DNA of 32,000 nt from Mycobacterium tuberculosis H37Rv (GTDB taxonomy: Bacteria; Actinomycetota; Actinomycetes; Mycobacteriales; Mycobacteriaceae). Shown here in pieces: positions 9,506 through 22,944 of this stretch; position 1 is the stretch's first letter; every line of letters starts with the position of its first letter. Location of the stretch: contig NC_000962.3 of NCBI RefSeq assembly GCF_000195955.2, positions 3,480,001-3,512,000 of the forward strand, given 5' to 3'. The position numbers and the translations under genes were made by a program. The notes under the pieces were generated by a model, which saw nothing but the letters and a program-made list of their open reading frames with translations, did not search any database and had not been told where the DNA came from.

Positions 9506-10375
9506 GTGCAATTCAACGTCTTAGGACCACTGGAACTAAACCTCCGGGGCACCAAACTGCCATTGGGAACGCCGAAACAACGTGCCGTGCTCGCCATGCT
9601 GTTGCTATCCCGGAACCAAGTCGTAGCGGCCGACGCACTGGTCCAGGCAATCTGGGAGAAGTCGCCACCTGCACGAGCCCGACGCACCGTCCACACGTAC
9701 ATTTGCAACCTTCGCCGGACCCTGAGCGATGCAGGCGTTGATTCGCGCAACATCTTGGTTAGTGAGCCGCCGGGCTATCGCCTTCTCATTGGAGATCGAC
9801 AGCAATGCGATCTCGACCGTTTCGTGGCAGCGAAAGAATCGGGACTGCGCGCTTCTGCCAAAGGATATTTTAGCGAGGCGATCCGTTATCTAGATTCGGC
9901 CTTGCAGAATTGGCGCGGTCCAGTACTGGGGGACCTACGCAGCTTTATGTTTGTCCAAATGTTCAGCAGGGCGTTGACCGAAGATGAGCTCCTCGTCCAT
10001 ACGAAGCTGGCCGAAGCTGCAATCGCCTGCGGACGCGCCGACGTCGTTATCCCTAAATTGGAAAGACTCGTTGCGATGCATCCTTATCGCGAGTCGTTAT
10101 GGAAGCAGTTAATGCTCGGCTACTACGTGAACGAATACCAGTCCGCGGCAATCGACGCATATCATAGACTCAAGTCCACGCTCGCAGAGGAACTCGGTGT
10201 TGAGCCGGCACCCACGATACGTGCGCTCTACCACAAAATTCTTCGCCAATTGCCCATGGACGATCTCGTCGGCCGAGTCACGCGTGGCAGGGTTGACTTG
10301 CGTGGCGGCAACGGCGCTAAGGTAGAGGAACTGACCGAGAGCGATAAGGATCTCCTTCCCATCGGTTTGGCATAA
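9506..10375 (+). CDS. moaR1: SARP/AfsR-type transcriptional regulator of the moa1 locus
   Basis: N-terminal winged-helix VQFNVLGPLELNLRGTKLPLGTPKQRAVLAMLLLSRNQVV followed by a BTAD-like domain. GTG start at 9506 is likely; the ORF extends upstream to 9440. Confidence 0.88.
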   Translation: MQFNVLGPLELNLRGTKLPLGTPKQRAVLAMLLLSRNQVVAADALVQAIWEKSPPARARRTVHTYICNLRRTLSDAGVDSRNILVSEPPGYRLLIGDRQQCDLDRFVAAKESGLRASAKGYFSEAIRYLDSALQNWRGPVLGDLRSFMFVQMFSRALTEDELLVHTKLAEAAIACGRADVVIPKLERLVAMHPYRESLWKQLMLGYYVNEYQSAAIDAYHRLKSTLAEELGVEPAPTIRALYHKILRQLPMDDLVGRVTRGRVDLRGGNGAKVEELTESDKDLLPIGLA

Positions 10376-10475
10376 CTACGCCCCTCAATGCAAGCGAGCT
10401 GATTCGATGTTGTCGAGCCGGAGCCCGCTCCGACCTCCGTCACACAGACCGGACTACGAATACTGACCCGCGCTG

Positions 10476-11651
10476 CTAGCCAACCCCGGTTCGTGGAATC
10501 ACAGTGAGACGTGCCTGCGTGACATGCCAACCCGCACCATCACGATCCATCAGCCCACCGGGCATACCAGCGCCGGCACCGCTAATACTCATTGGCATCA
10601 GCATCATCGGCATACCACCACCGGCGGCCCCGGCCGCCTGCGTCAGCGCGACTGGGTTAGGCGGCACACCCAACCCGGACATCGCTGAAGAAGCCATCGA
10701 AATGGGTATCGACCCCTGCCACGTCGGCGGCACCGACATCGACCCCACCAACTGAGCCTGCCCTAAGCCAGCGGACATCCCCGCACCCAATTCCCGACCG
10801 CCTAGCGGCTTGAACGCCGGAATAGCCGCACCACTCGGGTTCGGCGTATTCGCGGCAGCCAACCCGCCAGCCGGCGGACCTAACCTGGTCGCGCTTTCAC
10901 GCGCCATACTCGCCAACGTCGTTATCGGCGACGTCAGGATGCGGACCGGGAGAAACAACATCGACGCATGTTGCAACGGCAGCTGCGACACCAGCGACTG
11001 CATCCCGCTCATCACGGTCGGCACCGACGCCATCGCACCCTCGACCACCGGCGTCACGGCAGCCGACGCCGTCGTCGCCATCCCGGCAACCTGGGTACCC
11101 ACCTGCGCGGCCAACCCGGCTAAGCTCACCGGCGGCAGACTAAATGGCGCCAACGTCGCCGCCACGGACTTTGCCCCAGCGTGATAGCCCACCATCGCAG
11201 CCACATCCTGAGCCCACATCTCCAGGTAATCGAACTCCGTGGCTGCGATCGCCGGGGTGTTCTGACCCAAAACGTTCGCCGCTATCAACGACGCCAGCGA
11301 CACCCGATTCGCCGTCACCGCCGTCGGATGCACCGTGGCCGCCAACGCGGCCTCAAACGCCGTCGCTGCCGCGCGAGCCTGAATGGCCGCCAGCTGCGCC
11401 TGCGACGCCACCGTGCTCAACCACCCGACATACGGAGACGCGGCAGCAGCCATCGACATCGACGCCGGACCGGTCCACGGCCCAGTCGTCAACGCGGCGA
11501 GCACCGACTCAAACGACGATGCCGATGCCCACAAATCCGCGGCTAGCCCCTCCCACGCCGAGGCCGCCGCAAACAACGGCCCCGAGCCGGCTCCGGCAAA
11601 CATGCGCGCCGAGTTGATCTCCGGCGGCAGCCACGAAAAGCCCAAAACCAT
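10476..11651 (-). CDS. PPE49: PPE family protein PPE49
   Basis: 391-aa protein with [20 protein letters not shown] (PPE motif) and WxG-type motif; long variable C-terminus. Confidence 0.93.
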   Translation of the reverse strand: MVLGFSWLPPEINSARMFAGAGSGPLFAAASAWEGLAADLWASASSFESVLAALTTGPWTGPASMSMAAAASPYVGWLSTVASQAQLAAIQARAAATAFEAALAATVHPTAVTANRVSLASLIAANVLGQNTPAIAATEFDYLEMWAQDVAAMVGYHAGAKSVAATLAPFSLPPVSLAGLAAQVGTQVAGMATTASAAVTPVVEGAMASVPTVMSGMQSLVSQLPLQHASMLFLPVRILTSPITTLASMARESATRLGPPAGGLAAANTPNPSGAAIPAFKPLGGRELGAGMSAGLGQAQLVGSMSVPPTWQGSIPISMASSAMSGLGVPPNPVALTQAAGAAGGGMPMMLMPMSISGAGAGMPGGLMDRDGAGWHVTQARLTVIPRTGVG

Positions 11652-11807
11652 CGCAACCCCAGCCCAATCAGCCGCCCAGAAGGGTCTCGTACAAGGGTTA
11701 ACTAAACAATCGTTACCGAATGAATCGACACATCGTGACGCACCGATGGCTCAGCACGCCGGACTTCTAGAACAACGAGCACAACGGATATGATGCGGCA
11801 GGCATCT

Positions 11808-12122
11808 TCATGGATTGTCAATGACAGCCCAAACCGCCTTCGGCCACTGGCATTGGTGCACTGCACCGTGCGCCATTCGTGGCGACAACTGCGAGCGGGA
11901 GCGGGACCAAGGATGATGGTCCCGGTCGCGACGGGCGCGATCCCGCTCCGGAGTGGTCAACGCATCAAACGACAAAGCGCTCAGCTCATCGACCGCAGCA
12001 TCGAGCCGGTCCAGCGCCGCGACCAAACTAGAATTCTCGCGCAGACACCGCTGAAACGACAGTGACGCAAGGGATTTCATTGAGAGGACCAATGACCCTA
12101 TTTGATCAAACCGGATGACCAT
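11808..12122 (-). CDS. Small hypothetical protein (Rv3126c-like)
   Basis: Roughly 104-aa frame inside the longer minus-strand ORF 11808-12533; the boundary rests on recalled annotation and coding evidence is weak. Confidence 0.45.
12083..12101. promoter_or_regulatory. Candidate DosR box upstream of the Rv3127-like gene
   Basis: GAGAGGACCAATGACCCTA resembles the known DosR palindrome (TTSGGGACTWWAGTCCCSAA), about 50 bp upstream of the GTG start. Confidence 0.45.
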
Positions 12123-12146
12123 ACCGTCAACGTTGTGGACATACAG

Positions 12147-13181
12147 GTGCTCAAGAACGCAGTCTTGCTGGCATGCCGGGCGCCGTCGGTGCACAACAGC
12201 CAGCCCTGGCGTTGGGTGGCCGAAAGCGGCTCCGAGCACACTACTGTGCACCTGTTCGTCAACCGCCACCGAACGGTGCCGGCCACCGACCATTCCGGCC
12301 GGCAAGCGATCATCAGTTGCGGTGCCGTACTCGATCACCTTCGCATCGCCATGACGGCCGCGCACTGGCAGGCGAATATCACTCGCTTTCCCCAGCCGAA
12401 CCAACCTGACCAGTTGGCCACCGTCGAATTCAGTCCCATCGATCACGTCACGGCGGGACAGCGAAACCGCGCCCAGGCGATTCTGCAGCGCCGAACCGAT
12501 CGGCTTCCGTTTGACAGCCCGATGTACTGGCACCTGTTTGAGCCCGCGCTGCGCGACGCCGTCGACAAAGACGTTGCGATGCTTGATGTGGTATCCGACG
12601 ACCAGCGAACACGACTGGTGGTAGCGTCACAACTCAGCGAAGTCCTGCGGCGGGACGATCCGTACTATCACGCCGAACTCGAATGGTGGACTTCACCGTT
12701 CGTGCTGGCCCATGGTGTGCCGCCGGATACGCTGGCATCAGACGCCGAACGCTTGCGGGTTGACCTGGGCCGTGACTTCCCGGTCCGGAGCTACCAGAAT
12801 CGCCGTGCCGAGCTAGCTGATGACCGATCGAAAGTCCTTGTGCTGTCGACCCCTAGCGACACGCGAGCCGACGCACTGAGGTGTGGCGAAGTGCTGTCGA
12901 CCATCCTACTCGAGTGCACCATGGCCGGCATGGCTACCTGCACGTTGACCCATCTGATCGAATCCAGTGACAGTCGTGACATCGTGCGGGGCCTGACGAG
13001 GCAGCGAGGCGAGCCGCAAGCCTTGATCCGGGTAGGGATAGCCCCGCCGTTGGCAGCAGTTCCCGCCCCCACACCACGGCGGCCGCTGGACAGCGTCTTG
13101 CAGATTCGCCAGACGCCCGAGAAAGGGCGTAATGCCTCAGATAGAAATGCCCGTGAAACGGGTTGGTTCAGCCCGCCTTGA
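12147..13181 (+). CDS. Nitroreductase-like protein (Rv3127-like)
   Basis: [23 protein letters not shown]... parallels the downstream Rv3131-like protein (VRTVLTLAVRAPSIHNTQPWRW). GTG start at 12147; the longer ATG form starts at 12102. Confidence 0.88.
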
Positions 13182-14424
13182 TCAGGATGCCTTTGTGGAT
13201 GTCGGGTAGGGCGGTGGGGATGTTAGCGAGGTAGAGCTGCTCGGTTTTCTCCTTGGCCAAGATGAGGAGTCGGTTCTGCAGGTCGGCGATTTTGCGGCCG
13301 ATCTGGGCGGGGTTGAGGCTGTCTCGGTAGGTGATCAGGTCGGCCTGCTGGGCCGCGGAGAGCACCCTTGCGGCCAGTGGCCGGTCCAGCGGCGTCTGTG
13401 GGGCATCGTAGAGGCGTCGGCGGCGGCCGTCGGCGCTGCTGGCATACCCGATCGGTTTGATGGTCGGGGTGAGGTAGTTGAGGCGGTCGTTGACCAGCTT
13501 CCACATCCGGTTGAGCACGGCGCGTTCCTCGGCGGTGTCATAGCGGTAGTAGAACGCGTACTTGCGGACCAGGTGGTTGTTCTTGGACTCGATGGTGGCC
13601 TAGTGGTTTTTCTTGTACGGGCGAAAGCGGGTGAAGTAGATACCGTTGTCGCCGGCCCAGCTGATGACCGGCTTGTTGAGAAACACGGTGCCGTTGTCGA
13701 AATCTAAACCCGTTATCCCATGCGGGATCTCGGTGACAGAAGCTTTGAGCCCGGCGAGGATGTGGGTACGGGCGTTGTTGCGGACGGTGCGGGTGAACAC
13801 CCATCCGATGTGCACGTCGGTCAAGTTCAGGGTGTGGGCGAACTCGCCTTTGAGCGTCGGACCGCAATGGGCGACGGTGTCGCCCTCGAAGAACCCCGGC
13901 TCCGCCTCGACCTCATCGCCGGCCCTGCGAACCTTGATCGAATTACGCAGCAGTGGTGAGGGTTTCGTCGTCGACACACCCGATATCTGGTCTTTGGCCT
14001 TCGCGGTCTTCAGATAACGATCGATGCTGGCCGCACTCATCGCCAACAGCTCCTCACGCACCTCGGGGCCATAGCGGTCACGCCCAAACTCCAACACACC
14101 GTGACGTTCCAACCCATCAAGCTGCAGCACCATCGAGGCGGCAAGATACTTCCCGCACTGCCCACCCGAGGCGGACCACACCCTCTGCAACACCTTCAGC
14201 GCGTCATAGGAGTACTTCAGCGAACGCGGTTTGCGCCGCCGCTTGGCAACACTGCGGCCCAGCCCCGGCGATAGCTTGGCCGCTGCGACAAGCCGGCGCC
14301 GCGCGTTATCACGTGACTAGCCCGTCAGGTCAACCACCTGGTCGAAAATCCGGCCCCGGCTCTTCTTCAAAGCCTGCACATACGCCTTGGCGTACCTGCT
14401 GGTGACCTCCGCGCGAGATCTCAT
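13168..14424 (-). pseudogene. Broken integrase/transposase of the Rv2807 type (Rv3128c-like)
   Basis: A continuous 419-codon frame from ATG (14424-14422) to the stop at 13168 is interrupted by TAG at 14317-14319 and TAG at 13600-13602. Flanking coding sequence is intact: ...VVDLTG*SRDNARRRLVAAAKLSP... and ...FTRFRPYKKNH*ATIESKNNHLVRKYAFYYRYDT... Confidence 0.88.
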
Positions 14425-14537
14425 CGACAACCCACTTCCCATGCCTCACGACGGTCACCATGTCGCGGGCATATTTACGTGAGGCACCGAGGGTGTTTCG
14501 CGGGCATTCTTGGTGAGTCAAGTCGAACGGTTGAGCC

Positions 14538-14992
14538 ATGATCGACGATTCCGTTACCGTGCTGTCAGAAGACGAAAGTTGGCACCGGCTGGGCAGCGTT
14601 GCACTCGGTCGGCTAGTTACCACCTTTGCTGATGAGCCTGGGATCTTCCAGTCAATTTCGTGGTGCAAGGCCGCACCGTGCTGTTTCGTACCGCGGAGGG
14701 CGCCAAATTATTTTCAGCCGTCGCGAAGTGCGCGGTGGCTTTCGAGGCGGACGACCACAACGTTGCCGAGGGCTGGAGCGTGATCGTCAAGGTTCGCGCC
14801 CAGGTGCTGACGACCGACGCGGGGGTCCGCGAAGCCGAACGCGCCCAGTTACTACCGTGGACCGCGACGCTGAAACGTCACTGTGTGCGGGTGATCCCGT
14901 GGGAGATCACCGGCCGCCACTTCAGGTTCGGTCCGGAACCGGACCGCAGCCAGACCTTTGCCTGCGAGGCCTCGTCACACAACCAGCGATAG
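14538..14992 (+). pseudogene. PPOX-like split-barrel protein with 5' frameshift; annotated form is the downstream 110-aa ORF (Rv3129-like, from 14660)
   Basis: N-terminal block MIDDSVTVLSEDESWHRLGSVALGRLVTTFADEPGIF lies in one frame and VNFVVQGRTVLFRTAEGAKLFSAVAKCAVAFEADDHNVAEGWSVIVKVRAQVL in the adjacent frame. Confidence 0.65.
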
Positions 14993-16366
14993 CGCTCCGC
15001 GCCTGCGAGTCACCTTGCGCCGCTTACTGATCGCCACCAGCCGTGCGACGGCGTCTTCAATTCCTCGCGCCAGCTGGCCGGCATCTGCTACCACGTCGTA
15101 GTCGGCCAGGATCCCGAAGTACAGGTCGTCGGCGTAGCTGAGCATCGCGACACTGGTGCGCAGTTGCATCGCGATCGGCGAAACCGGGTATAGGTCAAGC
15201 ACCCGTCTGCCCATAATCTGCAGCGGCCGTCGTGGACCCGGCACATTTGTCGCCACGGTGACAACACCACGCTGCGGCAGCCGCATCAACAGCCCGACCG
15301 CCCATGCGGTCATGGGGAACGGAAGGCGGTTGGCAATCGCCATCAAAGTATTTCCGAATTGTCTCTGTCCCCCCGCCTTGGCCCGAGTCAGCCGCGAGTG
15401 CACGATCCGCAGCCGCTGCAGCGGGTTCTCTTGATCCACCGGCAGGTTGGGCAGCATTAACGAAACACGGTTATCGGTCTTGCTCAAAGCGCTGTTGGAA
15501 CGCGTCGAGACCGGCACTAGCGTACGCAGCGAATCAAACCTAGGCCGCTCACCCCGCTGGATGAGGACGTTGCGGTAGCTTTCCGTAATCGCGGCAAGCG
15601 CAACATCATTGATGGTGACGTCGAATTTCCGGCACACCTGTTCGACGTCGGCGAGAGGGACCTTTGCTGCGCTGTAGCGACGCAAATCACTGATCGGCCC
15701 GTTCAACGACGACGCGGCGGGACTTAGCACGCCGGCCGCGATCTCACTGGCACCCTTGGCCGCGCGAACGATGCCTGCCATCACGGCGGTCGACGCGGTC
15801 AACGCCTCGCTTGGATTGACACGGAATCCACCCCGCCGCACAGATGCGGATTGCGACTGCATGGTCGTGTGGATGTTGCTCGCGAAGCTGTCGCTCATAC
15901 TTTCATCGGAGAGCCCAGCTAGCAGGTGAGTCGCCGCGATTCCGTCGGCCATGCAGTGGTGCAGTTTGGTCAGGATCGCCCACTTGCTGTCCGCCAGGCC
16001 TTCGATGACCCAGACCTCCCACAGCGGTCGACCCCGGTCCAAACGACGCGCCATCAGATCGGCGATCAGCTCGAATAACTGGTCTTCGTTGCCAGGCCGC
16101 GGCAAGGCGATGCGCCACACATGACGGCCAAGATCGAAGTCGGGATCGTCCACCCATTTGGGTGCACCGAGGTCGAACGGGCGCAGGCGTAACCGCTGCC
16201 CGAACCGGGTACAGGGACGTAGGCGTTGAGCGAGCGACGATAAGAAGGCTTCCTGATCGGGAGCCGGCCCCTCGATGACCGCCAGAGCGCCGATTGCCAG
16301 ACTCACGTGCCGATCCACGTCTTCTGCCTTGAGAAACCCGGCGTCAAGTGTCGTTAGGTGATTCAT
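14975..16366 (-). CDS. tgs1: Diacylglycerol O-acyltransferase (WS/DGAT family)
   Basis: 463-aa protein with HHCMADGIAA active-site motif and WS/DGAT C-terminal VATNVPGPRRPLQIMGRRVL. Confidence 0.96.
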   Translation of the reverse strand: MNHLTTLDAGFLKAEDVDRHVSLAIGALAVIEGPAPDQEAFLSSLAQRLRPCTRFGQRLRLRPFDLGAPKWVDDPDFDLGRHVWRIALPRPGNEDQLFELIADLMARRLDRGRPLWEVWVIEGLADSKWAILTKLHHCMADGIAATHLLAGLSDESMSDSFASNIHTTMQSQSASVRRGGFRVNPSEALTASTAVMAGIVRAAKGASEIAAGVLSPAASSLNGPISDLRRYSAAKVPLADVEQVCRKFDVTINDVALAAITESYRNVLIQRGERPRFDSLRTLVPVSTRSNSALSKTDNRVSLMLPNLPVDQENPLQRLRIVHSRLTRAKAGGQRQFGNTLMAIANRLPFPMTAWAVGLLMRLPQRGVVTVATNVPGPRRPLQIMGRRVLDLYPVSPIAMQLRTSVAMLSYADDLYFGILADYDVVADAGQLARGIEDAVARLVAISKRRKVTRRRGALSLVV

Positions 16367-16441
16367 GGTCAGCGCCTTCCCCGGTGATCCGGATTATCTG
16401 CAACCGTCAGTACCACTCTCCGCTGCGAGGAGCCGTTGAGG

Positions 16442-16459
16442 CAGGGCCAAAGGTCCTCC
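16442..16459. promoter_or_regulatory. Candidate DosR box between tgs1 and the Rv3131-like gene
   Basis: CAGGGCCAAAGGTCCTCC (reverse GGAGGACCTTTGGCCCTG) in the divergent intergenic region. Confidence 0.6.
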
Positions 16460-16550
16460 GCTGGCGAGCCTTCGTGCTCTGCCACCGCGGCTGTCGACGC
16501 GCGATCCTTAATAGATGACCGCAGCCGTTGATGGGAAAGGCCCGGCAGCC

Positions 16551-19915
<3,365 letters not shown>

Positions 19916-19942
19916 CAGGGCACCACTCCCAAGATCCGCTCC

Positions 19943-20749
19943 CTACAAGTTGGCACTGCGTACCGTAAGTACGGCGCATCCGGGCTGGTATGCACCGCAC
20001 AATTCGTGCGCGGAGTGTGAGTCCGCGACGAACAGCTGACCCGGCTTTGCGTTGGCGGCCAGATGACGGCACGCACTGCCGCCGGCGATGGCCCGATCCA
20101 CCCGCACCTCGGGGTAGAGCCGGGTCCAGTGGGCGAGCCGACGGCTCAGGTGTACATGCGCCAACCGGCTGCCCTGTTCGACGTCATCGGGTGTTTCAGC
20201 AGCGTGGACAGCCACGGCCCGCAGCGGAACTCCGCGCAGCCTGGCCTCCTCGAATGCGTGCCGCAGCACCACACCATTGTCCACCTCCGCGACAACCGCG
20301 CTGACCTGGGAGGTTGTCGCTGGCTCGGCCGGCGACGGGTGAATCACCGCCACGGGGCATAAGGCCGACCCAGCCAGGGTCGCCGCGACCGAACCCCGGC
20401 GACCGCGGACATGATCAAGCCCCACCGAACCGACGCACAGCATCGCCGCGGACCTGGACTCCTGCATCAGCTTGGTGAGCGGCCTGCCGCACAGAACCTC
20501 CGTTTCGATCTTGACCGGTTGCCCGGTGGCCTCGACCTTCCGAGAGGCGTCGTGCAGCGCCGCTCGGGCCGCTGATTGCCCACCGCCCTCGCCGGCGGCG
20601 GACAGTTGGGACGGATCGATGACGTACACCAGTCGCAGCGGAATGTCTCGGTTCACCGCCTCATCGACCGCCCACAACGCCGCATGCGTTGCCGCCCTTG
20701 ACCCGTCGATACCAACGACCACTGCCCGAGCTGGCCGAGGATCGCTCAT
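19943..20749 (-). CDS. Universal stress protein (Rv3134c-like)
   Basis: 268-aa USP-fold protein beginning RAVVVGIDGSRAATHAALWAVDEA. First gene of the Rv3134c-devR-devS arrangement. Confidence 0.95.
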   Translation of the reverse strand: MSDPRPARAVVVGIDGSRAATHAALWAVDEAVNRDIPLRLVYVIDPSQLSAAGEGGGQSAARAALHDASRKVEATGQPVKIETEVLCGRPLTKLMQESRSAAMLCVGSVGLDHVRGRRGSVAATLAGSALCPVAVIHPSPAEPATTSQVSAVVAEVDNGVVLRHAFEEARLRGVPLRAVAVHAAETPDDVEQGSRLAHVHLSRRLAHWTRLYPEVRVDRAIAGGSACRHLAANAKPGQLFVADSHSAHELCGAYQPGCAVLTVRSANL

Positions 20750-20823
20750 CGCCGTCTCCTTCGCTGGGGCGGATACATCCCGTCGGTTCAGCGGTACGTT
20801 ACTGGCGGGGACCGCTATCTCCC

Positions 20824-20860
20824 AGGGGCGTTGGTCCCCACCTGAGGGCCGTTAGTCCTT
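20824..20860. promoter_or_regulatory. Two adjacent DosR-box-like elements upstream of Rv3134c-devRS
   Basis: AGGGGCGTTGGTCCCCA (20824-20840) and GAGGGCCGTTAGTCCTT (20844-20860), 20-bp centre-to-centre. Confidence 0.75.
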
Positions 20861-21333
20861 ATCGACCGATGACAGACGCAACCCGTCAGGGCGAGAATGA
20901 ATCTCACCTATCGCACGGGTGGCTCGTCCAGGTCCACAACCATCGCCCAGCTTTTCACAGCAAAGTCCCAGAAATGGCTTACAGTTGCCGACAGCTGCCG
21001 AACCAGCGGCCGTCCATCGGCTGCATATCGCTTGACCCACAGAATATTTGGGCATAGCCGCGCTGTGAGAGCGCATCTCGATGCGGCCGGCACGGCGTCG
21101 ATCAATCTCCGATCCGCCGTCAGTCGACTGCCATACAACCTGCCCGCCCAGTTGTACACTGGCCGCGGCACGAGTTGCCGCACTGGTCAACAAGTATCAG
21201 CCGGCCTGCGCCCGAGCGGAGCCCACTCGGAGCCGCTCGTGACCATGGGGGGAGCCACTGCCGTCTCCCGCATGCCCACACCGAGGTCCGAATTGGGCTG
21301 GGTGCGCAATCGACGTTAGGGGCCTGCGGAGTA

Positions 21334-21732
21334 ATGGACTACGCGTTCTTACCACCGGAGATCAACTCCGCGCGTATGTACAGCGGTCCCGGACCGAATT
21401 CAATGTTGGTTGCCGCGGCCAGCTGGGATGCGCTGGCCGCGGAGTTAGCATCCGCAGCAGAGAACTACGGCTCGGTGATTGCGCGTCTGACCGGTATGCA
21501 CTGGTGGGGCCCGGCGTCCACGTCGATGCTGGCCATGTCGGCTCCATACGTGGAATGGCTGGAGCGGACCGCCGCGCAGACCAAGCAGACCGCTACCCAA
21601 GCCAGAGCGGCGGCGGCGGCATTCGAGCAGGCTCATGCGATGACGGTGCCCCCAGCGTTGGTCACAGGCATCCGGGGTGCCATCGTCGTCGAAACGGCCA
21701 GTGCCAGCAACACCGCTGGCACTCCACCTTGA
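21334..21732 (+). CDS. PPE50: Short PPE family protein PPE50
   Basis: 132-aa [49 protein letters not shown]..., corresponds to only part of a PPE domain. Confidence 0.9.
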   Translation: MDYAFLPPEINSARMYSGPGPNSMLVAAASWDALAAELASAAENYGSVIARLTGMHWWGPASTSMLAMSAPYVEWLERTAAQTKQTATQARAAAAAFEQAHAMTVPPALVTGIRGAIVVETASASNTAGTPP

Positions 21733-21793
21733 CCCATTCAGTTCTCGACCAGCACGACACCGTATCCGCACAAATGTAAGGAGCTGAGACACA

Positions 21794-22936
21794 ATGGATT
21801 TCGCACTGTTACCACCGGAAGTCAACTCCGCCCGGATGTACACCGGCCCTGGGGCAGGATCGCTGTTGGCTGCCGCGGGCGGCTGGGATTCGCTGGCCGC
21901 CGAGTTGGCCACCACAGCCGAGGCATATGGATCGGTGCTGTCCGGACTGGCCGCCTTGCATTGGCGTGGACCGGCAGCGGAATCGATGGCGGTGACGGCC
22001 GCTCCCTATATCGGTTGGCTGTACACGACCGCCGAAAAGACACAGCAAACAGCGATCCAAGCCAGGGCGGCAGCGCTGGCCTTCGAGCAAGCATACGCAA
22101 TGACCCTGCCGCCACCGGTGGTAGCGGCCAACCGGATACAGCTGCTAGCACTGATCGCGACGAACTTCTTCGGCCAGAACACTGCGGCGATCGCGGCCAC
22201 CGAGGCACAGTACGCCGAGATGTGGGCCCAGGACGCCGCCGCGATGTACGGTTACGCCACCGCCTCAGCGGCTGCGGCCCTGCTGACACCGTTCTCCCCG
22301 CCGCGGCAGACCACCAACCCGGCCGGCCTGACCGCTCAGGCCGCCGCGGTCAGCCAGGCCACCGACCCACTGTCGCTGCTGATTGAGACGGTGACCCAAG
22401 CGCTGCAAGCGCTGACGATTCCGAGCTTCATCCCTGAGGACTTCACCTTCCTTGACGCCATATTCGCTGGATATGCCACGGTAGGTGTGACGCAGGATGT
22501 CGAGTCCTTTGTTGCCGGGACCATCGGGGCCGAGAGCAACCTAGGCCTTTTGAACGTCGGCGACGAGAATCCCGCGGAGGTGACACCGGGCGACTTTGGG
22601 ATCGGCGAGTTGGTTTCCGCGACCAGTCCCGGCGGTGGGGTGTCTGCGTCGGGTGCCGGCGGTGCGGCGAGCGTCGGCAACACGGTGCTCGCGAGTGTCG
22701 GCCGGGCAAACTCGATTGGGCAACTATCGGTCCCACCGAGCTGGGCCGCGCCCTCGACGCGCCCTGTCTCGGCATTGTCGCCCGCCGGCCTGACCACACT
22801 CCCGGGGACCGACGTGGCCGAGCACGGGATGCCAGGTGTACCGGGGGTGCCAGTGGCAGCAGGGCGAGCCTCCGGCGTCCTACCTCGATACGGGGTTCGG
22901 CTCACGGTGATGGCCCACCCACCCGCGGCAGGGTAA
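21794..22936 (+). CDS. PPE51: PPE family protein PPE51
   Basis: 380-aa MDFALLPPEVNSARMYTGPGAGSLLAAAGGWDSLAAELATTAEAYGSVLSGL..., SVP-type C-terminus (GQLSVPPSWA). Confidence 0.95.
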   Translation: MDFALLPPEVNSARMYTGPGAGSLLAAAGGWDSLAAELATTAEAYGSVLSGLAALHWRGPAAESMAVTAAPYIGWLYTTAEKTQQTAIQARAAALAFEQAYAMTLPPPVVAANRIQLLALIATNFFGQNTAAIAATEAQYAEMWAQDAAAMYGYATASAAAALLTPFSPPRQTTNPAGLTAQAAAVSQATDPLSLLIETVTQALQALTIPSFIPEDFTFLDAIFAGYATVGVTQDVESFVAGTIGAESNLGLLNVGDENPAEVTPGDFGIGELVSATSPGGGVSASGAGGAASVGNTVLASVGRANSIGQLSVPPSWAAPSTRPVSALSPAGLTTLPGTDVAEHGMPGVPGVPVAAGRASGVLPRYGVRLTVMAHPPAAG

Positions 22937-22944
22937 CCCGGCGC

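Noticed and set aside
11808-12533. 241-aa minus-strand ORF as one full-length gene
   Set aside because: Most of it lies opposite the well-supported nitroreductase gene; only the first-listed short segment is annotated and even that is weak.
20908-21183. 91-aa minus-strand ORF in the Rv3134c-PPE50 intergenic region
   Set aside because: No conserved motif, composition not convincing; region left as intergenic.
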